From Candidatus Eiseniibacteriota bacterium (GTDB lineage Bacteria; Eisenbacteria; RBG-16-71-46), in assembly GCA_031366795.1 (NCBI GenBank), contig JANLOX010000245.1, forward strand, positions 14,020 to 78,019: a DNA stretch of 64,000 bases, in the 5' to 3' direction. The notes beneath the pieces are model-generated. The model saw only the letters and a list, made by a program, of their open reading frames with translations, searched no databases and was not told where the DNA came from. Below, in pieces: positions 47,006-57,192 of this stretch. Every line of letters begins with the position of its first letter. Position 1 is the stretch's first letter. The translations under genes and the position numbers were made by a program.

Positions 47006-48886
47006 CTAATCGCTGCGCCAGCGGCTCAGGCCCATCCGTGTCGTAAGATCGTAGAACTCGCTGATAGCCCCCCCTGCGTCCCGCCCCGTTTCGAGCGCCA
47101 CATGCCACGCGATCTGGGCGACGCTGCGCTTCCCGTCCGCCGCGAACCACGCCAGTTCGAGTTCCGGGTCCGGGCAACGCTGCCTGAGCGCACGCCATGC
47201 CGCCTGTCCGGCGGCGTCCAGGCGCTCCCAGCCCGGGTTCAGGTAGTCGATGAAGTCGAGCGGCCCTTGCTTGAGTCTTTCCGGGACCCGCGCATCGGGT
47301 GAGGCGGAAGCGGGCATCACGGCGATGGGCAACTCCGCGGCGGCGAACGCCTCAAAACGCTTCACGGGTGCATCGATTGCCGTTCCCGCAATTCCGAGCC
47401 GCGCCAGGCTGCGAATCGCCGACGCACCGCGCAAGTGCTCGCGCGTCAACGCGCGCGCGGCGTCCGGCTGGTCGCCCGCGGCCAGCAGCCGGCGGCGCGC
47501 GCCACGCTCGACGAGCTCCATCAGCCAGCGGACTTCGGGCTCCCCCGCGTTCGCGAGAAACAGCGCATAGGTTGCGGCGATGCGCGTGGTCAACGCGAGC
47601 GCCTCGGGGTCCACGCGATCGGCCGTGTCATAAGAGGAGTGATAATAGCGGTCGGGCCACTGGATCAGCATCGGGCAGGGCACGCCGATCGAGGGATCCA
47701 CGAACACCGCGTGGTCACTCCCGCCGGAGTAGGGCACTTCGGCGATGCGCGTCATGGAGACATGCCCGGGCCCCGAATAGGACAGCACCCAGTCGAGTGA
47801 CTCGGCGCGGATGCGGCTCACCAATTCCTCGGCGAACGAAGCCGCGAAATGCGGCGGGTGCTCGATCAGGAAAGTGCTGCCACATTGCACTTGGTCGGCC
47901 CCGACCATGTCGAGGTTCAGCGCAGCAGCGAGGCGCCCGATCCGCTGCGGGTCGTTGGCGAGCCAGGCGAAGGTTCCCGTGAGTTCCGGCATCCACAGGA
48001 ACCGGATGCCCCGCCGGAGCGGGCCAAACTGCTTGCCAAGTGCCGCCACCACACGCGCGGTCTCCAGTGCCGCCGCGACTCCCGAGCCATTGTCATGCGC
48101 TCCGGGAAGCGGATGGCACAGATGCGCCAGCACGAGCACTTCCTCGGTGGATTGGCCCGGCAGGTGCGCGGTGACCAACGGGATGGGCGCGGCATACCGC
48201 TGGGTGCGCACATCGAGTTCGATCTCGAGACGCTCGCCGTTCGCCAGCCGCTGCCGAAGTGCCGCGCCGGTGCGGGGTGTCACCACAAGCCCGACCGCGC
48301 GCGGCTCATCACCGCCCCACCAGAACGATGTGTAAGCGAGCGAGTCGATATCGTCCTCGGCGGTACGCACCGGGTGCACGAGCCTGCGCACATCGCACAG
48401 CAAGCCCGCGGCGCCGCGCTGTCGCACCAATTGCTCAACGCCACGACGGGCCGGCGCACCGCTCAAGACGATCGCACCCCGCACGTCGATCGCCTCGAGT
48501 GCTCCGGGATCGAGCGAGTCGGGCACCGCGACGAGCCGGAAGCGTCCTGTGGCGGAACCGGTACGCTGCACGATGGACAACGGTCCGCGGGCATAGTCAC
48601 ACAGGGGCTCGCGTTGACCGCCGGTGACGAGCCAGGCCTGGGCGTGATCCACCCGCCACCCTTCCTGTTGCAGTTCACCGAGGCAGCGGTGCAACCCGTC
48701 GCCCGGCACCGTCTCGCGCTGAACATCGAGGCCCAGCGCAGACAGCGATTGCTCGAGCCACGCCGCAGCGTCGTCATATCCCGGGCTCGACTGGATGCGG
48801 TGGAAGCGGCTGACCGAGCGCACGTCTTCCCAGGCGCGCGCGCCGCTCGCCTCGGTCCTTACGCGCTTGAGCCACTCCCTGAACAT
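47006..48886 (-). CDS. DUF4910 / M28-like aminopeptidase with C-terminal winged helix
   Basis: FHRIQSSPG, AHLCHP.PGAHDNGSG, FLWMPE..GT, LNLDMVG, GGSDH, WPDRYYHSS.DT, DGKRSV.QI. Confidence 0.85.
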   Translation of the reverse strand: MFREWLKRVRTEASGARAWEDVRSVSRFHRIQSSPGYDDAAAWLEQSLSALGLDVQRETVPGDGLHRCLGELQQEGWRVDHAQAWLVTGGQREPLCDYARGPLSIVQRTGSATGRFRLVAVPDSLDPGALEAIDVRGAIVLSGAPARRGVEQLVRQRGAAGLLCDVRRLVHPVRTAEDDIDSLAYTSFWWGGDEPRAVGLVVTPRTGAALRQRLANGERLEIELDVRTQRYAAPIPLVTAHLPGQSTEEVLVLAHLCHPLPGAHDNGSGVAAALETARVVAALGKQFGPLRRGIRFLWMPELTGTFAWLANDPQRIGRLAAALNLDMVGADQVQCGSTFLIEHPPHFAASFAEELVSRIRAESLDWVLSYSGPGHVSMTRIAEVPYSGGSDHAVFVDPSIGVPCPMLIQWPDRYYHSSYDTADRVDPEALALTTRIAATYALFLANAGEPEVRWLMELVERGARRRLLAAGDQPDAARALTREHLRGASAIRSLARLGIAGTAIDAPVKRFEAFAAAELPIAVMPASASPDARVPERLKQGPLDFIDYLNPGWERLDAAGQAAWRALRQRCPDPELELAWFAADGKRSVAQIAWHVALETGRDAGGAISEFYDLTTRMGLSRWRSD

Positions 48887-48905
48887 GCCCGTGCCCGCGG
48901 CGCGA

Positions 48906-51059
48906 TCAGCGCGCCGGCAGCATGATGCGCTGGGCTCGCGTGACCGAGTTACCGGCGTCGTCCACGGCGCGCACCCCGACACTGTGCGCGCCGGGCTTGA
49001 GGTTGACGAGCAGTGTGGAGAACTCCACGTGGTGGGAATCCGTGAAGCCACCCTCGGGCGTCACCGCACGCCAGTCCTCGCCGTCGTATGCCGCTTCGAT
49101 GCGCGATAGCGCACTGAGGGCATCCTCCGCCGCGCCATGGACGCGGATGCCATCCTTCAATGCCGTCAGCTCGAGTTGGGTCACCGCGGGCGGCGTATTG
49201 TCGATGGTGAACGGCGCGCTCGCTCCGCTCCCCTCGCGTTCCTCTCCCTGCGCGTTGCTGGTGCGATCACTCGCGCTCACCTTGAGCCGGTAGCGGCCAT
49301 CGGGCAGCGTGTGCGTATCGAAGGTCCAGGTCGGCGTTTCCAGGTCCTCGGCCAGCAGGATGCCGTTCGATTGCCCCTCTTCGCGCACCTCAAGCCGGTA
49401 GGTGAGCTTGTCGCCGTTCGGGTCGATGCCGCGCCACTGGGCGCTGCGCAATCCACGCGCCCATACCGGCAGCTCGCGCAGTTGGCGCGGCGCGGGCTGC
49501 TGGGTCAGCGAATACTCGACCTTTTGGCCGCCAGGCAGCGTCTGGGTGATCGGCTCCGAGCGCGGCACCAGTTCGCCCTCACGCACATTCTGCCCCTGCG
49601 CCGAGACCACGACATCCTCGATGCGCGGCGGCAGGTTCTGCTCCCGCCACGAAGCTTCGACGGAACTGAGCCGCGGGTGCCCTCCCGTCAGGACGATCTT
49701 CCATTGGAAGTAACGAGCCGGCGGTGACGCCGTGGCGCGGCCCTCAGGCGCCGCCACGCCGCCCTGCCACGGAGTCCAGGTCGAATCGGCGGGGTCGCTG
49801 TTGCCGCTGCGCGTGAACAGTTCGACCTTCGCTCCCTGTGCCTCCCCCCGCCACACCATGCGGCCGAAGCGGGCGATGCGCCGCGCATCGAGCGTGGGTG
49901 ATAACAGTTCGCCGCGTTCCGCCAGTTCGGGCCCGAGCCGCCACAGCGCCACGGGATTCGAAGTCGCGGCGAACACGCGCGTGCCATTCGCGGCGAGTGC
50001 TGTCACCTGGCCCTGGGGTGCCGCGAGCACAAGCGAGGCGCCATCGCCGCGCTCGAGCCGGTAGACCGCCGCGCGGTCACCCGTCGCCGCCAGCATGCCG
50101 TCCGGTCGCGGCAGCAATGCATGCACGAACGGCTGGGCAGAGGTCCACACCAGTGTGACGATGCTGTCGGGAACGATGCGGTAGACCATCGAGCGCGCAT
50201 CACTGATCGCGCCGCGGGCCGGAACCGGCGTGGGATCCTCGTCCGTGGCGGCGGGGCCCGCCGAGACGACCGCGGCGGAGAGTGCTGCGGCGTACAGCGC
50301 ACCGTCATTGCCGATCGCCAGTGCGCGGATCTCGTCCTCGGTGGCGTCGTACACCGTGTGCGGCACGCCGGTGGCCGTGACATGGATCACGCGGCCCTTG
50401 CTGTCCCCACCCACGTACACCCCGGTGCCCCCGTCGGACACCATCGAGACGAGGTTGCTCTCATCGGAATCGAACACGAGTTCCGCCTTGCCCGGGCGGA
50501 CGCGCATCAGCCGGCCGCGCGTCCCGGTGGCGGCGAACCACGCCGAAGGACCGGCAGGCGCCAGTGCCCACACGTAGCGCTCGCCGGTCGAGCAGATGCG
50601 CGAGGTATCGCCGTGCGCGCCGATGGAATAAATGAGGCCTTCGGGTCCCGTCCCGGCAACGACGCCATCGCCATTCGCGGCGAGCGAGAACACCTGGCCC
50701 ACCGGCAACTTGACCCACGGCTTGATTCCGCCCTGCTCCGTCCAGCGGTCGATGCGGCCGTGATCGCCGGCGAGTGCCACCGAGCCGTCCTTGAGCACCG
50801 CGATGCTCCAGACGGTGGTCATCGAATCGACGCGTGACACCTCGGCGCGGGGCCCGAGTTCGATCGAGCCGTCTCCGCGCACCACGATGCCGTGCGCTTC
50901 GGCCTTGGCGTGATCGGCGGGCGTATCCGATATCCACCACTGGGTGTCGGAGGCCATTGCCGCGGCTCCCCACGCCACCAGCGGAAGGCACAACGCCAGC
51001 GCGCGCACCGCATGGTGGCAGCGCTTCAACTCGGACACACGCAGCACGCAAACCAACAC
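48906..51059 (-). CDS. Secreted beta-propeller protein with C-terminal Ig/FN3-like domains
   Basis: Signal peptide; repeated blades (VWSIAV, AGTGPEG.IY, YVWALA, AATG..G.L); RSGN..P..TW..W, RYFQWK, DPNGD.L.Y, LPDGRYRLKV.ASD. Start uncertain. Confidence 0.75.
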   Translation of the reverse strand: MLVCVLRVSELKRCHHAVRALALCLPLVAWGAAAMASDTQWWISDTPADHAKAEAHGIVVRGDGSIELGPRAEVSRVDSMTTVWSIAVLKDGSVALAGDHGRIDRWTEQGGIKPWVKLPVGQVFSLAANGDGVVAGTGPEGLIYSIGAHGDTSRICSTGERYVWALAPAGPSAWFAATGTRGRLMRVRPGKAELVFDSDESNLVSMVSDGGTGVYVGGDSKGRVIHVTATGVPHTVYDATEDEIRALAIGNDGALYAAALSAAVVSAGPAATDEDPTPVPARGAISDARSMVYRIVPDSIVTLVWTSAQPFVHALLPRPDGMLAATGDRAAVYRLERGDGASLVLAAPQGQVTALAANGTRVFAATSNPVALWRLGPELAERGELLSPTLDARRIARFGRMVWRGEAQGAKVELFTRSGNSDPADSTWTPWQGGVAAPEGRATASPPARYFQWKIVLTGGHPRLSSVEASWREQNLPPRIEDVVVSAQGQNVREGELVPRSEPITQTLPGGQKVEYSLTQQPAPRQLRELPVWARGLRSAQWRGIDPNGDKLTYRLEVREEGQSNGILLAEDLETPTWTFDTHTLPDGRYRLKVSASDRTSNAQGEEREGSGASAPFTIDNTPPAVTQLELTALKDGIRVHGAAEDALSALSRIEAAYDGEDWRAVTPEGGFTDSHHVEFSTLLVNLKPGAHSVGVRAVDDAGNSVTRAQRIMLPAR

Positions 51060-51070
51060 ACGACCTCCAC

Positions 51071-52951
51071 TCAGGGCTGGGCCAGGGAACCGTGAGATTC
51101 CACGACGACATTCAATTGCAGCTCACCGCGCAAGGCGCCGGGCACCGGTACGCGCCGTAGCGCGAGCCACGCGAGATCACCGCGACGGATCCGCTCGCCG
51201 GCGGAGGCGTCATCGGCCATCAGGGACACCGCGAACAACGGCAGCTCCGGATAATCGCGGCCCTCGGTGGTGACTTCCGGAGCGCGCGCCGTGAGCGCCA
51301 GGTACAAGGCGTCGGATGAGCGCGTGGCAGCCAGTCGCCGCCAGCCATCGTCGAGCGATTCGATGTGGTAGCGCCCCGGCAGCCGCGCGGCCTCGAAGCG
51401 CGACAACTCGGTCCCGCCGCCGATCCACAACGCATAACGCCCATCCGGCAGCTCCTCCGCGACGGGCAACTCGAGGGTGCGATGTTGTATGCCCCCGCGC
51501 CACGCTTCGAGCTCGCAGTCGACATGCAGCATGGAGCCCGGCTTCACCGAGGATTCGAGCAGCCGCGCCGAACGCAGCGTCCATGCCTCGCGGCGCGGCG
51601 TGGTCTTGAGGGTGATCTCGAGACTATCGAGGCGCAGCCGCTCGTACGGATTGCCCATCAGGAACCGCAGCGGAGCGCCGATCGCCGTGGCGAGATCGTT
51701 GACCGGGCTGTCCCCGGCGATCACGTCGTGCAGCTCGAGCGGCGGCGCGCCGCTCCGGTGCAGGCGCAGAGTCCAATCCACCGTCTGCCCGGCGCCCGTT
51801 CCCCCGGACTCCAGCAGTGTGTTGACGCCGGCGATCCCCGCGATCAATGGCGCCAGCGTGCGGTCCTCGATCATCTCGAAGTGGAATCGTTTCGGGGCCG
51901 CGGTCGTCCCCACCACATCGACGCGGAACGGCAGTAATCGCGCGACCGGACCGATCACCCCGGCCACCGCGGGACGGCGATCCTGGGTGATGGCGCCGAC
52001 TTCCCTGCCGCGGTTGCCCAGTTTGAAGGAGATCTGGCCGCTCGGGACGATGGTGGTGATCGTCGCGGTAGCGAGCGGCATGCGCACGTCGCCGGCCTGG
52101 AACAGCGGATGCCCGAAGATCAGGATGCGATCGCCTTCGCGCCAGGTCACCGTGCCGATGGCCGTCATCTGGAGATCGCCGCGCAGCAGGTCGATCGCGA
52201 CGGGCGCACCCGGCACCAGTGCTTCGGCGCCCGGGCCTGTCCCCGTCGAGCGCCCCCCCGGAACCGCAGCAAGCCCCAACGGGCCGAGCCAACGATTGAC
52301 GAGGTCCGCGGCCAGCGGGTTCATGCCGCCGCAAGCGAGCGGAATCGCGAGGCGTGTGAGCGAGCCGGCAGCGCCCGGCAAGGCGGGCTCCCCGATCGCA
52401 TTGCGTGAGCTGCCGGGAACGACACCGAGTTGTGTGGGCGCGACCTCGTTGGCCCAGCGCATCTCGCGAAAGCGCGGCAGCGCCGCCATCGCGCTCGGTT
52501 CGGCGCCGCTCATGCCGGTGCTCGCATCACCCTCGCGCGTCAGGTCGGGATGATCGAGGACGGCCAGCATCTCGCCGATCGGGGTGACCCCGAATATAGG
52601 TTCACGCGAGTACGCGTAGCCGCTCGACAGAGCCCCAATCAGCTTGCCGCCGACGTACACCGGGGAGCCGCTCATCCCCTGCGCGATGCCGGTGCGAATC
52701 GCGTTCTCGGAGGTCGCGCGACCGAGGATCGTGACGCCCTGCGATCTCCCCGCGTCGAGCGTGCCGAGGATGACCGCCTCGAACGAGTCGATGCGGGCCC
52801 CTTCGAACACCGTGCGCACCACTGCGCGATCCCCGGGGTGCACGGCTTCAGGCGCCAGTAAGGCAGGTGTCCCCCGCGCCGGTGCGACAGCGAGGGTCAC
52901 GAGGACGGTCAGTGCAGCGGCGAGCGGGACAACGCGGAAGTGGGAGTTCAC
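51071..52951 (-). CDS. SpoIVB peptidase S55 domain protein
   Basis: TVFEG, GIAQGMSGSPVY..GKLIGALS, VTPIGEM, GTVT, FGHP, SFKLG, QDR; signal peptide. Confidence 0.88.
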   Translation of the reverse strand: MNSHFRVVPLAAALTVLVTLAVAPARGTPALLAPEAVHPGDRAVVRTVFEGARIDSFEAVILGTLDAGRSQGVTILGRATSENAIRTGIAQGMSGSPVYVGGKLIGALSSGYAYSREPIFGVTPIGEMLAVLDHPDLTREGDASTGMSGAEPSAMAALPRFREMRWANEVAPTQLGVVPGSSRNAIGEPALPGAAGSLTRLAIPLACGGMNPLAADLVNRWLGPLGLAAVPGGRSTGTGPGAEALVPGAPVAIDLLRGDLQMTAIGTVTWREGDRILIFGHPLFQAGDVRMPLATATITTIVPSGQISFKLGNRGREVGAITQDRRPAVAGVIGPVARLLPFRVDVVGTTAAPKRFHFEMIEDRTLAPLIAGIAGVNTLLESGGTGAGQTVDWTLRLHRSGAPPLELHDVIAGDSPVNDLATAIGAPLRFLMGNPYERLRLDSLEITLKTTPRREAWTLRSARLLESSVKPGSMLHVDCELEAWRGGIQHRTLELPVAEELPDGRYALWIGGGTELSRFEAARLPGRYHIESLDDGWRRLAATRSSDALYLALTARAPEVTTEGRDYPELPLFAVSLMADDASAGERIRRGDLAWLALRRVPVPGALRGELQLNVVVESHGSLAQP

Positions 52952-53113
52952 GGTCGCGTACTATAGCAATGCGCACGCGCGCGCCAAACAAGTTCAGGTT
53001 CGGACGGGCAACCGGGACCACTCTCGAATGCCCCGCGGCATGGGTCGTCGTGGCGGCATAGTGCCCTAACGGGTTTGATCCGCGCCCCACCCTGCCGCTA
53101 GATTGCATGTCCT

Positions 53114-54961
53114 ATGTCAGATCTTCTGTTGGCGCGGCTGGCCCGCGGCCCGCTGATCGCCGACGGTGCCATGGGCACCATGCTGTTCGCGCGCGGCGTC
53201 GGCTTCGAGCAGTGCTTCGACGACCTCAACCGCACGCAGCCCGAACTGATCGAATCGATCCACCGCGAGTACCTGCTCGCCGGCGCCGAGTTGATCGAGA
53301 CCAACACCTTCGGCGCGAACCCGGTGCGGCTGGCCAGTCACGGGCTCGAGGAGCACGCCCGCGTCATCGCGCGCCAGGGCGTGCGTATCGCGCGCGCCGC
53401 CCGCGAAATCGTGGGCGTCAACGCGCTCGTCGCCGGTTCCATGGGGCCCCTCGGCAAGCCGCTTGAACCCTTCGGTACCATCACCACCGCCCAGGCCGAA
53501 GCTGCCTTCCGGGTCGCGGCGGAGGGGCTGGTGGAAGGCGGCGCCGATGCCTTGATTCTCGAGACCTTCCAGGACCTGAACGAGATCCTCGCCGCCCTCC
53601 GCGCCATCCGTGGAGTGACCGCCTCCCTGCCGGTCATCGCCATGATGACGTTCGGCGTCGACGGCCGCACCCAGTATGGCCATACGCCTGAGCTCGTCGT
53701 GCGCGCGCTGGTTCAGGCCGGAGTGAGCGTCGTCGGGATCAATTGCGGTGTCGGCCCCCAACCCACGCTCGAACTGCTCCAGCAGATCGTCGCGGCCGCG
53801 GGCCAGGTCCCGGTCGCCGCGATGCCCAACGCCGGCCTGCCCCAGTACGTGGATGGGCGCTTCGTCTATCTCGCGAGTCCCGAGTACTTCGCCGAGTTCG
53901 CGGTGCGCGCCATCGAGGCCGGCGTCCGCATCGCCGGCGGCTGCTGCGGCACCACGCCCGCGCACATCAAGGCCATTCGCGAGCGGCTCGAATCGCACCT
54001 GCCGTCCGAGAAGCTGGCCCCGGGCGCCGAAGTCCACGTCATCGAACCGGCGCCCGTGGCGGACGAGGCTGCTGCCGATTCGGGCGAGCCCACGCTGTTG
54101 CGCAAGCTGCGCGAGAAGTTCGTGGTCAGCGTGGAGGTCGATCCGCCCCGCGGCATCAGTACGCGCAAGGTAATGGATGCCGTGGCGCTGATGGATGCGA
54201 GCGAGGTGGATTGCATCAACATCGCGGACTCCCCCCTGGCGCGCATCCGCATGAGTGCGATGTCGCTGGCAGCACTTGTGCGGGCGCGTTTTCCCCGGCT
54301 CGAGATCATCCTGCATTTCACCACGCGCGACCGGAATCTCATGGGCCTGCAGAGTGACCTGCTCGGCGCCCATGCGCTGGGCATCCCGAACATCCTGTGC
54401 CTGAAGGGCGATCCGCCGAGTCTCGGCGATTACCCGAACGCCACCGCCGTGTTCGACACGGATGCGGTCGGGTTGATGAAGATCGTGCAACGCATGAATG
54501 CGGGCACCGACCTCGCGGGCACCTCGATCGGCGCGCCGACGCGCTTCGCCTTCGGGTGCGGCGTCAATCCCACCGCGGAAGACATGGACGCCGAATTCGA
54601 ATATGTGCGCCGCAAACTCGACGCCGGTCCGCAATTTCTCATGACGCAACCGGTGTTCGAGACGGACTGCTGGAAGCGGTTCGCCGAGCGGCTGGGCGGT
54701 ATTTCGAACATTCCCGTGCTGATGGGCATCCTGCCGTTGCAATCGTACCGGCACTCCGAGTTCCTGCACAACGAGGTGCCCGGGATCCACATCCCCGACA
54801 GCGTGCGCAGCCGGATGCACGCCGCGGGCAATGACGGTCAGCGTGTGGGTGTCGAGTTGGGGCGTGAGTTGCTCGACGATTGCCGCTCGATGGCGAACGG
54901 CGTTTACCTCATGCCGTCGTTCGGGCGCTTCGAGAACTGCCTCGAGCTGATCAAGCGGTAG
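53114..54961 (+). CDS. Bifunctional homocysteine S-methyltransferase / methylenetetrahydrofolate reductase (YitJ-like)
   Basis: DGAMGTML, IETNTFGAN, GINC, PNAGLP, GGCCGTTP.HI; then EVDPPRG, ADSP, RDRNLMGLQSDLLGAH, GDPP, TQPVF, FLHNEVPG. Confidence 0.94.
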   Translation: MSDLLLARLARGPLIADGAMGTMLFARGVGFEQCFDDLNRTQPELIESIHREYLLAGAELIETNTFGANPVRLASHGLEEHARVIARQGVRIARAAREIVGVNALVAGSMGPLGKPLEPFGTITTAQAEAAFRVAAEGLVEGGADALILETFQDLNEILAALRAIRGVTASLPVIAMMTFGVDGRTQYGHTPELVVRALVQAGVSVVGINCGVGPQPTLELLQQIVAAAGQVPVAAMPNAGLPQYVDGRFVYLASPEYFAEFAVRAIEAGVRIAGGCCGTTPAHIKAIRERLESHLPSEKLAPGAEVHVIEPAPVADEAAADSGEPTLLRKLREKFVVSVEVDPPRGISTRKVMDAVALMDASEVDCINIADSPLARIRMSAMSLAALVRARFPRLEIILHFTTRDRNLMGLQSDLLGAHALGIPNILCLKGDPPSLGDYPNATAVFDTDAVGLMKIVQRMNAGTDLAGTSIGAPTRFAFGCGVNPTAEDMDAEFEYVRRKLDAGPQFLMTQPVFETDCWKRFAERLGGISNIPVLMGILPLQSYRHSEFLHNEVPGIHIPDSVRSRMHAAGNDGQRVGVELGRELLDDCRSMANGVYLMPSFGRFENCLELIKR

Positions 54962-55037
54962 CGCAGGTCCGGGCCGAAGTACGGCCGGAGAACGCGATCG
55001 CCTCGCGAGCCGCTGCCGTCCAACAGCCGGCGGCGTG

Positions 55038-56585
55038 TTACTGGACGATGATGATCCTGCGCGTGAGCGTAGTGCCGCCCGCCTGCAGCCGCGCGAGATA
55101 GAGCCCCGGGGCCACCCGGTGTCCATCAGCGCCGTCACCATTCCACGTGCCGTGATGCACGCCGGCGCTCTCGAGGGCGCCGTGACTGATCGTGTGGACG
55201 AGCCGCCCCTGGACATCGAGCACGTCGAGCTCGACGCGTGTGGTGCCGGCGGGCAGCTCATAGCGCAGGCTCACGGAGCCGCGCGAGGGTGTCGGATGGG
55301 GTGCTGCGAGTTGCACCCCGGCGGTCGCGGCGGCGGCGACGCCGGTGAGCGGCGAGTCGTAGACGATGCGATGGATTTCGCCGCTGCCGGGGTTGAAGTC
55401 CACGCCCATCTTCACGTACCACAGGCTGCCGTCGAAGGCCTGCAGGTAGTCGGCGGCCTCTTCGAAGCCGCGGCCCCAGTCCTGGCGGTTGGGCTGGCCC
55501 GGCACGGCAGGCGCGAGCGCCCATTGCGTGCCGTCGAACTTGAGCCGGCGCAGGAACCCTTCGTAGAAGTCACTGAAGAAGTAATCGCCCTCGTACTCCG
55601 CGGGGAAATTGCAGGCCACGCACGCCGAGCCGCGATAGACGCCGGCGCTGATGACCGTGGCGGTGAAGCCGGTGCGGTCGTAGGCATAGATGGGCGCGCG
55701 CGTGTCCTGCGGCTGGACGAGCCCCGAGCAACTGGGGACGCTGCTCATCGGGCCCTCGAAATAGGGCCAGCCGAAATTCGGCATCGATCCGGTGAGCTGG
55801 TCGATCTCCTCGAACGAAGTGAAGCCCACATCCGCGAGGAACATGTTGCCGGTCGCGCTGTCGAAGTGGAAACGGAACGGATTGCGCAGGCCATCGGCCC
55901 ACACCAGCCTCGCGTTGACAATTGGGTGGGATGCCAGCGGGTTCCCCGCGGCGACCAGGAGGTTGCGGTCCGGCGGGCCGCCCGGACCGGCGGGAAGGCC
56001 GCGGATATCGATGCGGATCATCACGCCGCGCAGTGTCGAAGTGTCCTGTGCCGCGCAGGCATTACCGTCTTCGCCGAGGCCTGCGTACAGCATGCTGTCG
56101 GGGCCGAAACGCAGCGTGCCGCCGTTGTGCACTTCGCTCAGGTCGGGAATGTCGTGAATGATGGTGTAGCGCGAGGCCTGGTCGACGGTGAGCAGCAGGC
56201 TCGAGGGTGCCACGAGGTCACCGCCCACGGTGTAACGCACAATCTTGCAGGTCTGGTCGGTGGCGTCGTAGTAGACGTAGACGTACGGCTTCGCGGGCCA
56301 ACGTGGGTCCACGACGATCCCTGTGGCGCCGCGGTCACCGCCCGCCTCGACGCTGTCACACACAAACAGCGGATCGATGGCGCCGAACTTGCCGTCCGTC
56401 ACGAGACGCACCGCTCCCTGACGCTGAATGATCAAGATGCGGTGGTCCGGCAGGAACGCCATGCCGGTCGGCTCGTCGAGGCCCTCGGCGATCAACTGGT
56501 CGGTGAAGCGGTCCGGAATCTGTGGCGCGGCCAGCGCGGTGTGGGCAACACCGAGCGAGGCGACGGCAAGGCACGCCGACGCCAT
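55038..56585 (-). CDS. Secreted PQQ-dependent sugar dehydrogenase (GSDH) with FlgD-Ig C-terminal domain
   Basis: GLDEPTGMAFLPD, GDRG..G..VDP, HNGGTLRFGPD, GLRNPFRF, DVG..FEEID, NFGWPYFEG; C-terminus DVQGRLV..WNGDGADG..VAPGLY. Start uncertain (56585 or 56666). Confidence 0.85.
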   Translation of the reverse strand: MASACLAVASLGVAHTALAAPQIPDRFTDQLIAEGLDEPTGMAFLPDHRILIIQRQGAVRLVTDGKFGAIDPLFVCDSVEAGGDRGATGIVVDPRWPAKPYVYVYYDATDQTCKIVRYTVGGDLVAPSSLLLTVDQASRYTIIHDIPDLSEVHNGGTLRFGPDSMLYAGLGEDGNACAAQDTSTLRGVMIRIDIRGLPAGPGGPPDRNLLVAAGNPLASHPIVNARLVWADGLRNPFRFHFDSATGNMFLADVGFTSFEEIDQLTGSMPNFGWPYFEGPMSSVPSCSGLVQPQDTRAPIYAYDRTGFTATVISAGVYRGSACVACNFPAEYEGDYFFSDFYEGFLRRLKFDGTQWALAPAVPGQPNRQDWGRGFEEAADYLQAFDGSLWYVKMGVDFNPGSGEIHRIVYDSPLTGVAAAATAGVQLAAPHPTPSRGSVSLRYELPAGTTRVELDVLDVQGRLVHTISHGALESAGVHHGTWNGDGADGHRVAPGLYLARLQAGGTTLTRRIIIVQ

Positions 56586-56838
56586 GCACTTGATCACGAA
56601 GGGAAGAAAGCCGTGGCATGCGTCACTGTTGGACGCGAAGCCCGTACGCCGCGATGTCTCGGTCATGAAATCCGTCTGAGCGAGGGAGCTTTGAGCGGTG
56701 GGACAAAGGTTGAGGCGACTGCGGCGCGAATCGCGGCAATCCATGCCAGCAGGGTGAAACAGCCTCCCGAATAGTGTATACCGGACGTGCGGGGCGCGTC
56801 GAAGAAGAAAACTCCCCCACCCGGAGGGTGAATTCGCC

Positions 56839-57192
56839 ATGAGTTTCATCCTGTATTTCGTGGTCATCGCAGCCACCATGATAGCGCTGTCCCATTACCT
56901 GCCCGGATTCCATGTCGACGGGTGGACCCCTGCCCTGCTCGGCGCCCTCGTGCTGGGCGCGGCCAACACGATCCTCAAGCCGATCCTGTTCGTGCTGACC
57001 CTGCCGTTCACGATCCTGACGTTGGGCCTGTTCCTGCTGGTGCTGAACGCGCTCATGGTCTGGATCACCGCACTGATCGTGCCGGGCTTCGCGGTGGTTG
57101 GCATTATGCCCACCTTCATTGCATCTTTGGTGCTGTCGGTGGTCGGGATGGTGTGGAAGGCCACCACGAAGAAGCGGAGGCAGGACGATTGA
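56839..57192 (+). CDS. 4-TM phage-holin-like (YvlD / holin superfamily IV) membrane protein
   Basis: ALVLG.AN.ILKPIL..LTLPF.ILTLGLFLLVLNA; GGAGG RBS. Confidence 0.9.
   Translation: MSFILYFVVIAATMIALSHYLPGFHVDGWTPALLGALVLGAANTILKPILFVLTLPFTILTLGLFLLVLNALMVWITALIVPGFAVVGIMPTFIASLVLSVVGMVWKATTKKRRQDD

Noticed and set aside
52952..53113. SAM or SAH riboswitch upstream of the YitJ-like gene
   Set aside because: I could not find SAM-I core elements (AUC..GAG, GCAACC, GUGC..AA, GAU) in the proper order; an Infernal search would settle it.
56733..56748. Sigma-54-like TGGCATGGATTGC upstream of the second GSDH gene
   Set aside because: GG-to-GC spacing is 8 nt, not the required 10.
53117..56774. Long ORFs 53117-55261 (-) and 55035-56774 (+)
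   Set aside because: Shadows of the YitJ-like and GSDH genes; no protein motifs.
56839..57192. Holin-like gene as prophage evidence
   Set aside because: This 4-TM family is widespread on chromosomes; no endolysin or other phage genes nearby.
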